Numbered from the stretch's first letter, positions 31,260 to 41,520 are shown. The stretch is 64,000 nucleotides of DNA from Sphingobacteriia bacterium (GCA_021151535.1 JAGKXC010000001.1:14601-78600), one strand, 5' to 3'. The notes: a model not told the origin generated them from the letters alone. A program made the numbers and translations.

Positions 31260-31616
31260 CTATATCGCAAAACTCTCACCGCAACCGCAAGTTCGCGACG
31301 CGTTAGGATTGATGAAATTGAATCCTTTTCCGTTTAATCCATCTGAGAAGTCAAGCTCTGTTCCACACAAATAAAGAAAACTCTTCATGTCACATACAAT
31401 CTTCAAACGATTATCGCCAAATTGCATGTCTCCTGTCTTCTCTTCATTATCAAAATCCAACTCATAAGTTAATCCTGAACAACCGCCGCCTTTTACACCT
31501 ACCCGCAAGAAATAATCAGGTGCGCCAATATTGGCTTCCCTCATCAAATCGTAAACTTTGTCTAATGCCTTATCCGTAATGGTGATTTCATCGCCTTTGG
31601 CCATCATAGTCGACAA
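31260..31616 (-). CDS. iscA: HesB/IscA-family iron-sulfur cluster insertion protein
   Basis: 118 aa. ...RVGVKGGGCSGLTYELDFD... and C-terminal CGCGESF conserved Cys triad. Confidence 0.75.
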   Translation of the reverse strand: MSTMMAKGDEITITDKALDKVYDLMREANIGAPDYFLRVGVKGGGCSGLTYELDFDNEEKTGDMQFGDNRLKIVCDMKSFLYLCGTELDFSDGLNGKGFNFINPNASRTCGCGESFAI

Positions 31617-31619
31617 ATA

Positions 31620-32036
31620 TTAATGGTGAGACTTTTCAGCTTCTAATGGCTCTAAACCATTCTTTACTCTGTAATCGTTAATTGCTGCTCTAATAGCATC
31701 TTCCGCCAATACAGAACAGTGAATCTTAACAGGTGGCAATGCCAATTCCTCAACAATTTCCATATTGTCGATGGCCAAAGCCTCATCTACTGTTTTCCCT
31801 TTTAACCACTCAGTGGCCAAAGATGATGATGCAATTGCAGAACCACATCCAAAAGTTTTAAACTTCGCGTCTTCAATTACACCCGTAGCATCATTAACTT
31901 GGATTTGTAAACGCATTACATCACCGCACTCAGGTGCACCTACCAAACCCGTTCCTACATTGCTACTCGCTTTATCTAAAGTACCAATGTTTCTTGGGTT
32001 ACTGTAATGATCAATTACTTTATCTGAATATGCCAT
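31620..32036 (-). CDS. iscU: Fe-S cluster assembly scaffold IscU/NifU
   Basis: MAYSDKVIDHYSNPRNIGTLDKASSNVGTGLVGAPECGDVMRLQI...HCSVLAEDAI (three conserved Cys, LPPVK motif). Confidence 0.85.
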   Translation of the reverse strand: MAYSDKVIDHYSNPRNIGTLDKASSNVGTGLVGAPECGDVMRLQIQVNDATGVIEDAKFKTFGCGSAIASSSLATEWLKGKTVDEALAIDNMEIVEELALPPVKIHCSVLAEDAIRAAINDYRVKNGLEPLEAEKSHH

Positions 32037-32121
32037 TTTTTTATCTCCTTATTCTATTACAAATTTACAATTTAGATTCTTTCTAAACAATACATTGTTC
32101 TCTATTACTCAAATTACCAGT

Positions 32122-33336
32122 TTAATGTTCAGACCATTCTATTGATTTCAAATCAATTCCTTCCTTAAACATCTCCCACAAAGGACTCATATCTCTCAAT
32201 TTATTTACAGCTTCACTAACCAAATTAATGGTATAATCTATCTCTTCCTCTGTAGTGAATTTACTCAATCCGAAACGCAAACTGCTGTGAGCCAATTCAT
32301 CATCCAATCCCAAACTCTTCAATACATAGCTAGGCTCCAATGAAGCACTCGTGCATGCGCTTCCGCTTGAAACTGCTATGTCTTTAATCCCCATCATCAA
32401 TCCTTCGCCCTCAACATATTTGAAACTAATGTTGCAAGTATGCGGCAATCGATGCTCAACACTACCATTTACATAACTCTCCTCTAATTTCAACAATGCC
32501 TTCTCCAATTTATCGCGCATTCCTCCCAAACGCTTAGCGTCTGTTTCCATTTCTTGTAAAGCAATCTCACACGCCTTGCCAAATCCCACAATACCAGGAA
32601 CATTCAAGGTACCACTCCTCATGCCTCTTTCATGACCTCCACCATCTATCTGCGCTGTAACTTTTACCCGTGGATTTTTCCTTCTAACATATAATGCTCC
32701 AACACCCTTTGGTCCGTACATTTTATGAGCCGTAAAACTCATTAAATCAATGTTATCGCGCGTTACATCTACAGATACTTTTCCTACCGCTTGGGTAGCA
32801 TCTGTATGAAATAATACCCCCTTAGACTTACAAAGTTTACCAATAGCCTCTATGGGTTGAATTACACCCAATTCATTATTAGCAAACATTACAGATACCA
32901 AAATAGTATTTGGCTTAATTGCCGCCTCAATTTCTTCAGCTGTAATTAATCCATCAGATCCTACAGACAAATACGTAACCTCAGCTCCCAATTTCTCCAA
33001 ATGTTTACAAGTATCCAAAACGGCTTTGTGCTCTGTAGAAACAGTAATTATATGATTACCCTTGGCTGCATACATTTCATAAACACCCTTAATCGCCAAA
33101 TTATTACTTTCTGTAGCACCACTTGTAAAAATAATCTCCTTCTCAGAGGCACCAACCAGTTTTGCAACTTGCTCCCTAGCATAATCCACAGCCTCCTCAG
33201 CCTTCCAACCGAAAGAGTGATTCTTTGAAGCAGCGTTTCCAAAGTCTTCCAAAAAATAAGGTCTCATTGCCTCAAATACCCTTGGATCCATAGGGGTAGT
33301 GGCATTACTGTCTAGGTATATAGGTAGCTTAACCAT
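32122..33336 (-). CDS. iscS: cysteine desulfurase IscS (class V aminotransferase)
   Basis: [28 protein letters not shown]...; PLP Lys in [11 protein letters not shown]; active-site Cys in [17 protein letters not shown]. Confidence 0.85.
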   Translation of the reverse strand: MVKLPIYLDSNATTPMDPRVFEAMRPYFLEDFGNAASKNHSFGWKAEEAVDYAREQVAKLVGASEKEIIFTSGATESNNLAIKGVYEMYAAKGNHIITVSTEHKAVLDTCKHLEKLGAEVTYLSVGSDGLITAEEIEAAIKPNTILVSVMFANNELGVIQPIEAIGKLCKSKGVLFHTDATQAVGKVSVDVTRDNIDLMSFTAHKMYGPKGVGALYVRRKNPRVKVTAQIDGGGHERGMRSGTLNVPGIVGFGKACEIALQEMETDAKRLGGMRDKLEKALLKLEESYVNGSVEHRLPHTCNISFKYVEGEGLMMGIKDIAVSSGSACTSASLEPSYVLKSLGLDDELAHSSLRFGLSKFTTEEEIDYTINLVSEAVNKLRDMSPLWEMFKEGIDLKSIEWSEH

Positions 33337-33442
33337 ATCAATATTCTTCTATTTAGATAGTTTCTAAACTACAAAATTAACGTATTAAATTGGATTTGGT
33401 TTTACATTGTTTTAATTCCTTAAAAATTGTTGTTTTGTAACC

Positions 33443-33847
33443 ATGAGTATCAATAAAATCGAACATATTGGAATTGCCGTTTCTAACCTCGACGCCTCCG
33501 AAAAGTTATTTTCACAACTACTTGGTTGTGAACCATATAAAAGAGAAGAAGTTGCTTCAGAAGGAGTAATTACCTCGTTTTTTTTATTGGGCGATATAAA
33601 AATTGAACTCCTAGCAGCCACCAATGAAAATTCACCCATCGCCAAATTCATCGAAAAAAAAGGTGAAGGAATTCACCATATCGCATTCGATACCGCCAAC
33701 ATCACAAACACCCTAAGTGAAAAATCTCAACAAGGTTTTCAATTAATCAACGCAACACCAAAAGACGGCGCCGATAACAAACAAATCGCATTTCTACATC
33801 CCAAATCAACCAACTCAGTTCTAGTAGAACTCTGCCAAGACAAATAA
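33443..33847 (+). CDS. methylmalonyl-CoA epimerase (VOC/glyoxalase fold)
   Basis: 134 aa. MSINKIEHIGIAVSNLDASEKLF...GEGIHHIAFDTANI..., as for MCE. Confidence 0.7.
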   Translation: MSINKIEHIGIAVSNLDASEKLFSQLLGCEPYKREEVASEGVITSFFLLGDIKIELLAATNENSPIAKFIEKKGEGIHHIAFDTANITNTLSEKSQQGFQLINATPKDGADNKQIAFLHPKSTNSVLVELCQDK

Positions 33848-33848
33848 C

Positions 33849-34478
33849 CTACCCCGCAAAACGTTGATATAACATCAACGCCCCCAATATCAAAAATACA
33901 AATCCAAATACCCGATGGAATCGCTCCATCATGCGCGTATTTAATTTGTGCTTTACCCTGCCCGCTCCCCATGCAATGGCAATTTCAGTTAAAAACACAG
34001 AAGCTACCGCAGATATACCAAACACCCACTTATTCAAAATGTCAAAATGAATCGCCGGTGGCAACGTAAATAATCCTATCCACCATGTTAAATTTGCAGG
34101 ATTTGCCAAATTAATCGCAAAAGCCTTCATCCACAATTGCCAACCCGTCATTTTCGCAATGCGATTTTCAGCCTCGTCATGAACTTCCTTCTGCTTCTGA
34201 AATAAATATAAAATCCCAATCACAAAAAAAACTATGGCACCAAAAATCAACCATACTTGCTTATATTTTAACAACCACTCTTCTATATATTCCGAAAATT
34301 TCAAAGACAGTATCACAAACAATATATCGCCAGAAATTACACCCAAAGCCAAAGGTAATCCCTTTTTTATCCCACCAATAAATCCGGCTTGAATAAGTAG
34401 AAAAAAAACCACCCCAAGTGCTGTACTCATCGCAAATCCAGCCAAAAGCCCATACAAAACCGCAAAAATCACTTCCAT
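33849..34478 (-). CDS. LysE/RhtB-family amino-acid exporter
   Basis: 209 aa, 6 TM helices. N-terminal MEVIFAVLYGLLAGFAMSTALGVVFFLLIQAGFIGGIKKGLPLALGVISGD matches the LysE family. Confidence 0.6.
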   Translation of the reverse strand: MEVIFAVLYGLLAGFAMSTALGVVFFLLIQAGFIGGIKKGLPLALGVISGDILFVILSLKFSEYIEEWLLKYKQVWLIFGAIVFFVIGILYLFQKQKEVHDEAENRIAKMTGWQLWMKAFAINLANPANLTWWIGLFTLPPAIHFDILNKWVFGISAVASVFLTEIAIAWGAGRVKHKLNTRMMERFHRVFGFVFLILGALMLYQRFAG

Positions 34479-34679
34479 TTTCTATTACTTTTTTGTCAAT
34501 TCGTAACAAATATAATCCCGTTTACACCTTTTTTGGGTTTTCTTCACTTTTACCCTCATTTAAAAAAATCAACAAAATCAACCTTCCCGGAAACATACCA
34601 AAAAGTATGTGAAAAAGTTGGGGAAGAAGCGTTTTCTTAATTCTAAATAACACTTTCCTTACTTACTAAATTTGAATCA

Positions 34680-36140
34680 ATGAGTTTTTTCTCCTCCGAC
34701 TGGGACGACGACGAAGATGATGAAATCTTCCAAGGCGATGTAGATGCGTTAGTGAATGATTTTGAAAGCAAGTTTCGTGAGCAATTTTCTGCAAGAGAAT
34801 ATCTTGAATTATTCAGGCATTACGCTTCACAGTTTCCTACACAAACTGGGCAATTACGCGTAGATCAGCATATAAAAAATATTTTAGATGCCGCTATCGC
34901 TCAATATCCCTATATGCCCATTTTTACATTGCATATGTGTGAATGGTTAATTAGGGATTCAAAATTAAACAGAGCCAAAGCTTACATCGATAAAGCATTA
35001 AAATTCAATCCTTTTGAGCCAGCTTTGGGTTTTATGCAAGCCCTTATTTACAGTCTTCAAGGCAATGAAAACAATGCGCTCGAAAAACTTTCACAAATTC
35101 TTCAAAACATCGGAGAAGAAGAATCATTAATAGAAGAATTCCTGGAAATAGCTTTATACCATGAACAATTTAAATTGGCAATGCCTATTCTGGAAAAAGC
35201 ATTGGATGCGGGTGCAGATGTAAGCAATATCATTGAAAAATATATCGAAAAAGCAGAAGAAAATGGCCTTATTGCAGCCTTGATCCCCATGATTGAAAGA
35301 ATTATCGATCAAGACCCTTATTCTGCCGAAGCATGGTATGTCTTGGGTTCCGCGTGGATGAATCAAAGCAACCATGAAAAAGGTTTGAAAGCATTGGATT
35401 ATGCTGTTACCATTAATGAAAATTTCGCAGATGCCTGGATGGCTTTTCTAGAATGCCAATACGAATTAGGCCAATATGAAGAATTCATAAAAACTTATCT
35501 CTCCTTACAAGATAAATTTCATAAATCTGCTTTCGATGAAGTTTATGGACTCCTGGCTTGGAGTTATTACGAATCGGGCGATACTAAAACATGTCGTTCT
35601 ATTTATAAAGATATACTCAAGAAACAACCCCATGACGCTGAGGCTTGGTACTCTATGGGTTTAACATGGCATTATGAAGAAAATTACTCAGCCGCCATAC
35701 CCTATCTCGAAAAAGCCTATGACATTGATAGATTCGAACCCGACTACGGAATGGTGCTTGCTTCTGCCTATTTTGGCGCACAATTAATCGATAAATGGGA
35801 ACCTTTGTACACTACATTAACACTGGAACATCCAAAAAATCCCGAATTGTGGCTAGATTATATTACTGCACTTCATGAATCTGGCGAAGCTGAAAAAGCG
35901 CTAGATGTTATTGAAAAAGCGCTCACCAACAACCCACAGCATCCCGGTCTTTTATATCGATTTGCAGCACTTTGCTACCTAAACGGACAACAAAATGCTG
36001 CTTCTCTAGTTTTAGAAAGAGCATTGGAATTAAACCCCAATGAACACATACAATTGTTTACCTTTGCACCAGAATTGAAGAAATCTACTTTAATTCTTTC
36101 AATTATTTCAAAATTCACATCACCAAGAACTGGATCATGA
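34680..36140 (+). CDS. tetratricopeptide-repeat protein with highly acidic N-terminus
   Basis: MSFFSSDWDDDEDDEIFQGDVDAL... followed by multiple W/AxxYxxLG TPR-like units (AEAWYVLGSAWMNQ, AEAWYSMGLTWHYE). Confidence 0.6.
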   Translation: MSFFSSDWDDDEDDEIFQGDVDALVNDFESKFREQFSAREYLELFRHYASQFPTQTGQLRVDQHIKNILDAAIAQYPYMPIFTLHMCEWLIRDSKLNRAKAYIDKALKFNPFEPALGFMQALIYSLQGNENNALEKLSQILQNIGEEESLIEEFLEIALYHEQFKLAMPILEKALDAGADVSNIIEKYIEKAEENGLIAALIPMIERIIDQDPYSAEAWYVLGSAWMNQSNHEKGLKALDYAVTINENFADAWMAFLECQYELGQYEEFIKTYLSLQDKFHKSAFDEVYGLLAWSYYESGDTKTCRSIYKDILKKQPHDAEAWYSMGLTWHYEENYSAAIPYLEKAYDIDRFEPDYGMVLASAYFGAQLIDKWEPLYTTLTLEHPKNPELWLDYITALHESGEAEKALDVIEKALTNNPQHPGLLYRFAALCYLNGQQNAASLVLERALELNPNEHIQLFTFAPELKKSTLILSIISKFTSPRTGS

Positions 36141-36907
36141 ACTCAGCACTATTCAACCTAAAAGATCTTCCAAACCGAACCTCAAAACCAAGAAACAATG
36201 GTTTAACCATGGTTATGGATAAAGGACTCAGTTTAAGAGAAGTTGAAAATTTCTTAGAAATTGGTTCGGAATACGTGGATATTGTGAAATTAGGATTCGG
36301 AACAAGTTTCTTTACTCCAAACCTCAAAGAAAAAATTAAATTATACCTAAATGCAGGGGTGCCCGTTTATTTAGGTGGAACTCTATTTGAAGCTTATATC
36401 GCAAGAAATCAATTCGAAGATTATATCAATCTATTAGATAAGTTAGAACTTACTCATGCAGAAGTTTCCGACGGTAGTTTGGATATGGATCACAATGTAA
36501 AATGTGATTATATCAACAAATTGTCTCAAAGATTTACCGTGTTTTCAGAAGTTGGAAGCAAAGATGCTGAAAAGATTATCCCACCCTACGAATGGATCGA
36601 GCAAATGGAAACCGAATTGGCTGCAGGTGCATCCAAAGTCATCGCAGAAGCCAGAGAAAGCGGCACTGTTGGTATCTTCAGAGGTTCAGGTGAGGTTCGT
36701 TCAGGTTTGGTAGCTGAAATTATCAGAAAAATCCCCCAAGACAACGTTCTTTGGGAAGCTCCAAAAAAAGAACAACAAGTTTGGTTTATTCAACTTTATG
36801 GCACAAATGTTAATCTTGGTAACATCGCACCAAACGAATTATTACCTTTAGAAACATTAAGATATGGATTGCGTGGCGATTCATTCCATTTCTTCTTGAA
36901 TAAATAA
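36137..36907 (+). CDS. phosphosulfolactate synthase (ComA) family protein, (2R)-phospho-3-sulfolactate synthase-like TIM barrel
   Basis: 256 aa. KPRNNGLTMVMDKGLSLREVENFLEIGSEYVDIVKLGFGTSF...YLGGTLFE...EVSDGS matches the ComA family. ATGA overlap with the upstream TPR gene. Confidence 0.55.
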   Translation: MNSALFNLKDLPNRTSKPRNNGLTMVMDKGLSLREVENFLEIGSEYVDIVKLGFGTSFFTPNLKEKIKLYLNAGVPVYLGGTLFEAYIARNQFEDYINLLDKLELTHAEVSDGSLDMDHNVKCDYINKLSQRFTVFSEVGSKDAEKIIPPYEWIEQMETELAAGASKVIAEARESGTVGIFRGSGEVRSGLVAEIIRKIPQDNVLWEAPKKEQQVWFIQLYGTNVNLGNIAPNELLPLETLRYGLRGDSFHFFLNK

Positions 36908-36954
36908 TTTCAAGTACAAAACTGATCAAAGTTCATTATTAAGTTAATTGAACG

Positions 36955-38097
36955 CTATTTTACCGCTACTACCTGTTTTTTCGCCTTCTTCCAGAAAGCA
37001 AAAAAAGAATTCTGTAACATCATTTTAGGCGTTAACCAGTCCCTTTTATCATATCCAACCCCCGAAACGCCATTCACAATGGGGTGCTCCTTTGTAATTA
37101 CTTCAAATCCAGCATTTACAAAGTCCTCTAATTCGCCCCAATAAAAACGTATATTAGGCACTTGCCGGGCTAAATCCATTGCAAATTTTAAAGGCCCTTC
37201 ACCAATTGGATGTGCCTCAAAAAAAAACTTATTAAGCAAAAATACCCGCCTACCAGTTTCCTCTTCATTCCTCCATCTTGGATCCAAATGATAATAATGA
37301 TATATAAAAACCTTCTCACCCGATTCAAAACCCAATTCATTCACAGATTCCACGAACCACAACCTAATAGTCTCCAAAGGCAAATTAAATTGTACCATTT
37401 CACCTTTCTCCAAATTTTCTATCCTGCGATCTTTATTCATCAATTCTTCATACGTACAATCTAAATAAGTTCCAACATCTTTGGTTCCCATGTACTTATT
37501 TATATTCTCTTGATTACAGAAATACAATTTATTAGAATTGGTCCCTGCCACCCACTGCCAACTTAAATGATTGCTCGCCAAATCCCCATCTAACAAATAA
37601 TAATACATCCAATCTGCAGCCATTTTCCATGAATATCCCCACAAATTACAAATTACCGAAGCCAAATACATACGCAAATGATTATGTATGTAACCGTATT
37701 TGTAAAGTTGATTTAAACCATTGTCAAGCGCAGAAATGCCCATTTCCCCTTTCAAAACACTAACTGGCATCCTTCCCTCAGTTCCTAACCTCAAACGCTC
37801 CTGATTATTACGCAAACTCAAAAATATCCCATCGCCATGCCATTGCCACAAATGTTGCCAATATTCCCTCCAAGCCAACTCCTGATAAAATCGCTCATGC
37901 CCCTCTTCATACCCAAATTTTTCAATACAGTAATCACGTACTTCCTTTACCGTAATAACCCCCCTAGAAATATAGGGCGATAAATAGGTTACAGAACCCC
38001 AAATAAAATTCCGCGTCTTGCTGTATTTCACCACATCAATCCCCTCAACTCTACTCCAAATCGCCTCAAATTCAACAGGAAATTCTATCTTACTCAT
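36955..38097 (-). CDS. photolyase/cryptochrome FAD-binding-domain protein lacking the N-terminal alpha/beta domain
   Basis: ELAWREYWQ... and GISALDNGLNQLYKYGYIHNHLRMYLASVICNLWGYSWKMAADWMYYYLLDGDLASNHLSWQWVAGT correspond to the photolyase FAD-binding helical domain (TGxP..DAxMRQL..GWMHNRxR..ASF...DADxAxNxxxWQW). 380 aa. Confidence 0.6.
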   Translation of the reverse strand: MSKIEFPVEFEAIWSRVEGIDVVKYSKTRNFIWGSVTYLSPYISRGVITVKEVRDYCIEKFGYEEGHERFYQELAWREYWQHLWQWHGDGIFLSLRNNQERLRLGTEGRMPVSVLKGEMGISALDNGLNQLYKYGYIHNHLRMYLASVICNLWGYSWKMAADWMYYYLLDGDLASNHLSWQWVAGTNSNKLYFCNQENINKYMGTKDVGTYLDCTYEELMNKDRRIENLEKGEMVQFNLPLETIRLWFVESVNELGFESGEKVFIYHYYHLDPRWRNEEETGRRVFLLNKFFFEAHPIGEGPLKFAMDLARQVPNIRFYWGELEDFVNAGFEVITKEHPIVNGVSGVGYDKRDWLTPKMMLQNSFFAFWKKAKKQVVAVK

Positions 38098-39596
38098 ATT
38101 ACTTGATCCAATGATTTTAAATACCTATCTGCTGTTTCTAAAATTGTAGTTTGAATTTTCTCGTCCCGTGAGTCCCAATTGTTCAATAACATCCTCATCC
38201 GAATATTCCCCTCAAATACTTGGCGATGCTTTACCATAAATCGCCAAAATAACGCATCCCAAATCTGTTGCCAATCCTCACCTTTTTTAAACCATCCCAT
38301 CTTCATCAAATAATTTGAACCCGAGATATAAGGCTTCGTTGTCATTAATCCACCATCCGCAAATGTAATCATCCCATAAACATTGGGTACCATTACCCAA
38401 TCATAAGCATCTACATACAACTCCATAAACCATCGATAAACCTCATCCGGATCAAACTCGCACAACAACATAAAATTACCCAATATCATCAACCGCTCAA
38501 TATGATGGTTATATCCCGTTCTTAATACCTTTTTGATTGCCAAATCTACAGGCAAAATACCTGTTTCCCCCCTGTAGAATGAATTTGGAATCTTTCGATT
38601 AAATCCCCAAAAATTCCGCGTACGTTGAAATCTCCCCTTCTCTTCATATACATGTCTTACAAACTCCCTCCAACCCAAAATCTGACGCACAAATCCCTCA
38701 ATGGAAGCCAATGGAATTTCAAAACGTAATCCATACTCCTCCGCCCTATCAATCACGTATTTGGGCGAAATCAAACCTACATTCATATACATCGATAACC
38801 CAGAATGGAATAAAAAATCATCTCCCGTATCAAAAGATATTGCATCTTCATATGGGCCAAAATCCGCAAACCTTTCCTTCAAAAACAATTCAAACCAAGC
38901 TTTCACATCTCCTGTGGAAGTTGCATAATTTTTACCATTCTGAATCATCGATAAACTACCTGGATTATCACCAAACTTAGACGAAACGTAAGTTATGGCC
39001 TCAGAGCAAAAATCATCCGCTTCACAGAATTTAATCAACGGTATCTGAAAACCTTTTGGTAATCTTTTTCGATTTTCTACATCAAATGACAATTTACCAC
39101 CCAAAAAATCACCATTCTCACCAATTAAAATACCACGCTTCTTCCTAAAAAACTGGTAATAATCTGTTTGAAAATATCGCCTCCTGCCACGTTGAAATTC
39201 CGCGTTTTCATTCTGAGTTTGGATAAATAAAGGCGAATCATGCCATTCTACAGAAACACCCAATACCTGAATTGTTTTCTTTAGCCTTCTTTTTAACCAA
39301 TCATCAACAGGATCGATCAAGATCCAGTGATATTCAACAAATCTGTTGAAAAAACTGACATCCCTAATATCTGAACCCGCATCGCCCGAAGAAATATAAG
39401 ATACAGCTATTCCCTTATTCCTGAGTGATTCATAATATCTTCTCATCGTAACCCGATGAAAATGGAGCTTTATTTTATGAAATTGAAACTGCCTAAAAAA
39501 GAGAAACTCCTCTATCAGAATTACTTCATCACACTGCTCAATTACAGCAATATCACCAAATAATTGATGCGGAAATAAAAATAATACCCTCTTCAA
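38094..39596 (-). CDS. cryptochrome/photolyase-family protein, deoxyribodipyrimidine photolyase-related (DPRP/COG3046-like); no FeS-cluster Cys quartet
   Basis: N-terminus MKRVLFLFPHQLF (compare the DPRP start M..LVLILGDQL). C-terminal GYNHHIERLMILGNFMLLCEFDPDEVYRWFMELYVDAYDWVMVPNVYGM. Only 4 Cys in total, none in the C-terminal region. ATGA overlap with the downstream FAD-domain gene. Confidence 0.6.
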   Translation of the reverse strand: MKRVLFLFPHQLFGDIAVIEQCDEVILIEEFLFFRQFQFHKIKLHFHRVTMRRYYESLRNKGIAVSYISSGDAGSDIRDVSFFNRFVEYHWILIDPVDDWLKRRLKKTIQVLGVSVEWHDSPLFIQTQNENAEFQRGRRRYFQTDYYQFFRKKRGILIGENGDFLGGKLSFDVENRKRLPKGFQIPLIKFCEADDFCSEAITYVSSKFGDNPGSLSMIQNGKNYATSTGDVKAWFELFLKERFADFGPYEDAISFDTGDDFLFHSGLSMYMNVGLISPKYVIDRAEEYGLRFEIPLASIEGFVRQILGWREFVRHVYEEKGRFQRTRNFWGFNRKIPNSFYRGETGILPVDLAIKKVLRTGYNHHIERLMILGNFMLLCEFDPDEVYRWFMELYVDAYDWVMVPNVYGMITFADGGLMTTKPYISGSNYLMKMGWFKKGEDWQQIWDALFWRFMVKHRQVFEGNIRMRMLLNNWDSRDEKIQTTILETADRYLKSLDQVI

Positions 39597-39654
39597 TTTT
39601 GCCCTTTAGAAATACCCTACGTATTTACCTAAAAAGCAACAAATAATACAGCGA

Positions 39655-41520
39655 TTAGTTTGCTAAATTTGCTTGAAAACAGTACAATTTCCAATGGTGA
39701 TCACCCGAATTCCACATTCTTACCTCATTGTCTTTTACCTCTGTCATATACTGTTTCACCACCCATTCTATCGTGCCGCCATTGGGCCAATCCGCTATGT
39801 TATCAAATAAAATAATCCAAGCAATTCTTCTACCCTTGTTGTATTTCAACTGCCAATAATATTCTTGAAATAATTCTTCCTTGAATTTCGCTTCAGAAGG
39901 CCCCAAACGCTTCCAATCTAAAAACTGCTTCTCTTGCTTCAACTTGTGATGAATTACATCTTGAATTGTACCCGAATCGAAATCCGGAGCCAATCGAATC
40001 CCCTTTTTCCCAAGCATTAACAATCCAGTATTGGGCGATGGATCTCCAACAATCAAAACCTCTGTTGTATCCGCCGCATCCAAACGATTGATCATCCTAG
40101 AAATCGACCTCAATTCTTGGGTATCATCAATCGCATTCTGGCAAAAATAATGGCCCTTCTTAAAACTATAATTCAGCATTTTAGAAGCCGAACCCATTAA
40201 AATAAATGGATATACAAACAAGCCAATTAAACTCAATACACCAACCACTCCACGAAACATGAATCTACCATAAATTTGGTCGATATAGATGGTAAGAATC
40301 GCTAAAAAAATCCAGGGCCAAAAAACCAAATAGTAATAATCATGAAAGCGGAATTGTTTGGCAAATAGCACAAAAAAACAAACTGTACCCAAAGCAACCA
40401 AAACACTCAATTGCTCCCATTTTTGCCAACCCTCTCTGCGATTTTTTTTCATAACATAAACCCAACCAATAAATATTCCTAAGATTAGAGTTGTTGGATA
40501 AAGCCTATCCTTCCAACTGTTCCAAGAAAAATCAATTACATCTTTAAAAACCGACCAAGATTCAGCGGGATTCACTTGTTGCAGAAAATGCACATTCCAC
40601 GTTTGCTTCGTTAACCAGCCCGCATAATAATACCAGCCACCGATTAAACTCAAAACCAACCCAACCAATGCAATATTCACAACACTACCCAATAATCCAA
40701 CAAATGCATCGCCCTTCACAACTTCACTTTCATCTTCAATAACCAAATAATCGCCATCTTGAGAATGCTGAAAAACCGGTTTTTTAGGCTTCCGCAAGAC
40801 AACAATTTGCCATAGATCCAAAAGCAGCATCGCAATAAAAGCAACCAACATGCTCACCTTCAACAATCCAGCAAACAAACTACTCAACAGCAATAAATTC
40901 CGATAATACTTAGCAGATTTTTCATTCTCTTCTACATTTATCAATGCTCTCAATTTTTCGCCCAATCCTCCACGCAAGAATTCCAATCGAAACCAGGCAT
41001 AAATACCCATAAATACAAAACCCAATGCCGCCGCATCAGCCAAAAAACTCCAAGTATAAAACACAAAAACCGGCGATAAAAACAACAATGAAAGGATAAA
41101 CCATCTGCTTATAAATCCAACCCGCATCCAAGCCAGTAATTTGTACAAACTCCAAATTCCCGCACTCAAAATGGTGCCAACCAAAAACCGGTGAACAAAA
41201 AAACTAAACCCAAATACCCTCCCAAAAATCCCACTTAAATAAGCCAAGATTGGAAACTCCATACCCGCAATTCCCTCAGCCGCCCTATTCTCCATCACCC
41301 TTGGCAAGAAAAAATCCCAGGTCTCGTGAAAAAAGTTCCATCCCACACAAGCTCGATCCGCCTGAGCTCCCTGATGCATCCCATATGGCTCCAGCATCCA
41401 ATAATCGCCCCAACCCAAACCCAATTGAATCAATATCCAAATAATCCAAAACCGAGTCCATGACTCACGCCTCTGAAGAGGCAAATTCATGGAATTTAAT
41501 CCTCCAACAAAATTAATCAT
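39655..41520 (-). CDS. GT-C fold membrane glycosyltransferase (ArnT / protein-O-mannosyltransferase-like, family 39/83)
   Basis: 621 aa with at least 11 TM helices in the N-terminal ~420 aa and a soluble C-terminal domain. The start overlaps the stop of the upstream GT2 polyprenol-phosphate glycosyltransferase by 4 bp. Confidence 0.5.
   Translation of the reverse strand: MINFVGGLNSMNLPLQRRESWTRFWIIWILIQLGLGWGDYWMLEPYGMHQGAQADRACVGWNFFHETWDFFLPRVMENRAAEGIAGMEFPILAYLSGIFGRVFGFSFFVHRFLVGTILSAGIWSLYKLLAWMRVGFISRWFILSLLFLSPVFVFYTWSFLADAAALGFVFMGIYAWFRLEFLRGGLGEKLRALINVEENEKSAKYYRNLLLLSSLFAGLLKVSMLVAFIAMLLLDLWQIVVLRKPKKPVFQHSQDGDYLVIEDESEVVKGDAFVGLLGSVVNIALVGLVLSLIGGWYYYAGWLTKQTWNVHFLQQVNPAESWSVFKDVIDFSWNSWKDRLYPTTLILGIFIGWVYVMKKNRREGWQKWEQLSVLVALGTVCFFVLFAKQFRFHDYYYLVFWPWIFLAILTIYIDQIYGRFMFRGVVGVLSLIGLFVYPFILMGSASKMLNYSFKKGHYFCQNAIDDTQELRSISRMINRLDAADTTEVLIVGDPSPNTGLLMLGKKGIRLAPDFDSGTIQDVIHHKLKQEKQFLDWKRLGPSEAKFKEELFQEYYWQLKYNKGRRIAWIILFDNIADWPNGGTIEWVVKQYMTEVKDNEVRMWNSGDHHWKLYCFQANLAN

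Noticed and set aside
38094-39596. Calling the 500-aa protein an FeS-BCP (6-4) photolyase
   Set aside because: The protein has only four Cys and none in the C-terminal region where FeS-BCPs bind the cluster, so I kept to a family-level call (DPRP-like cryptochrome/photolyase).
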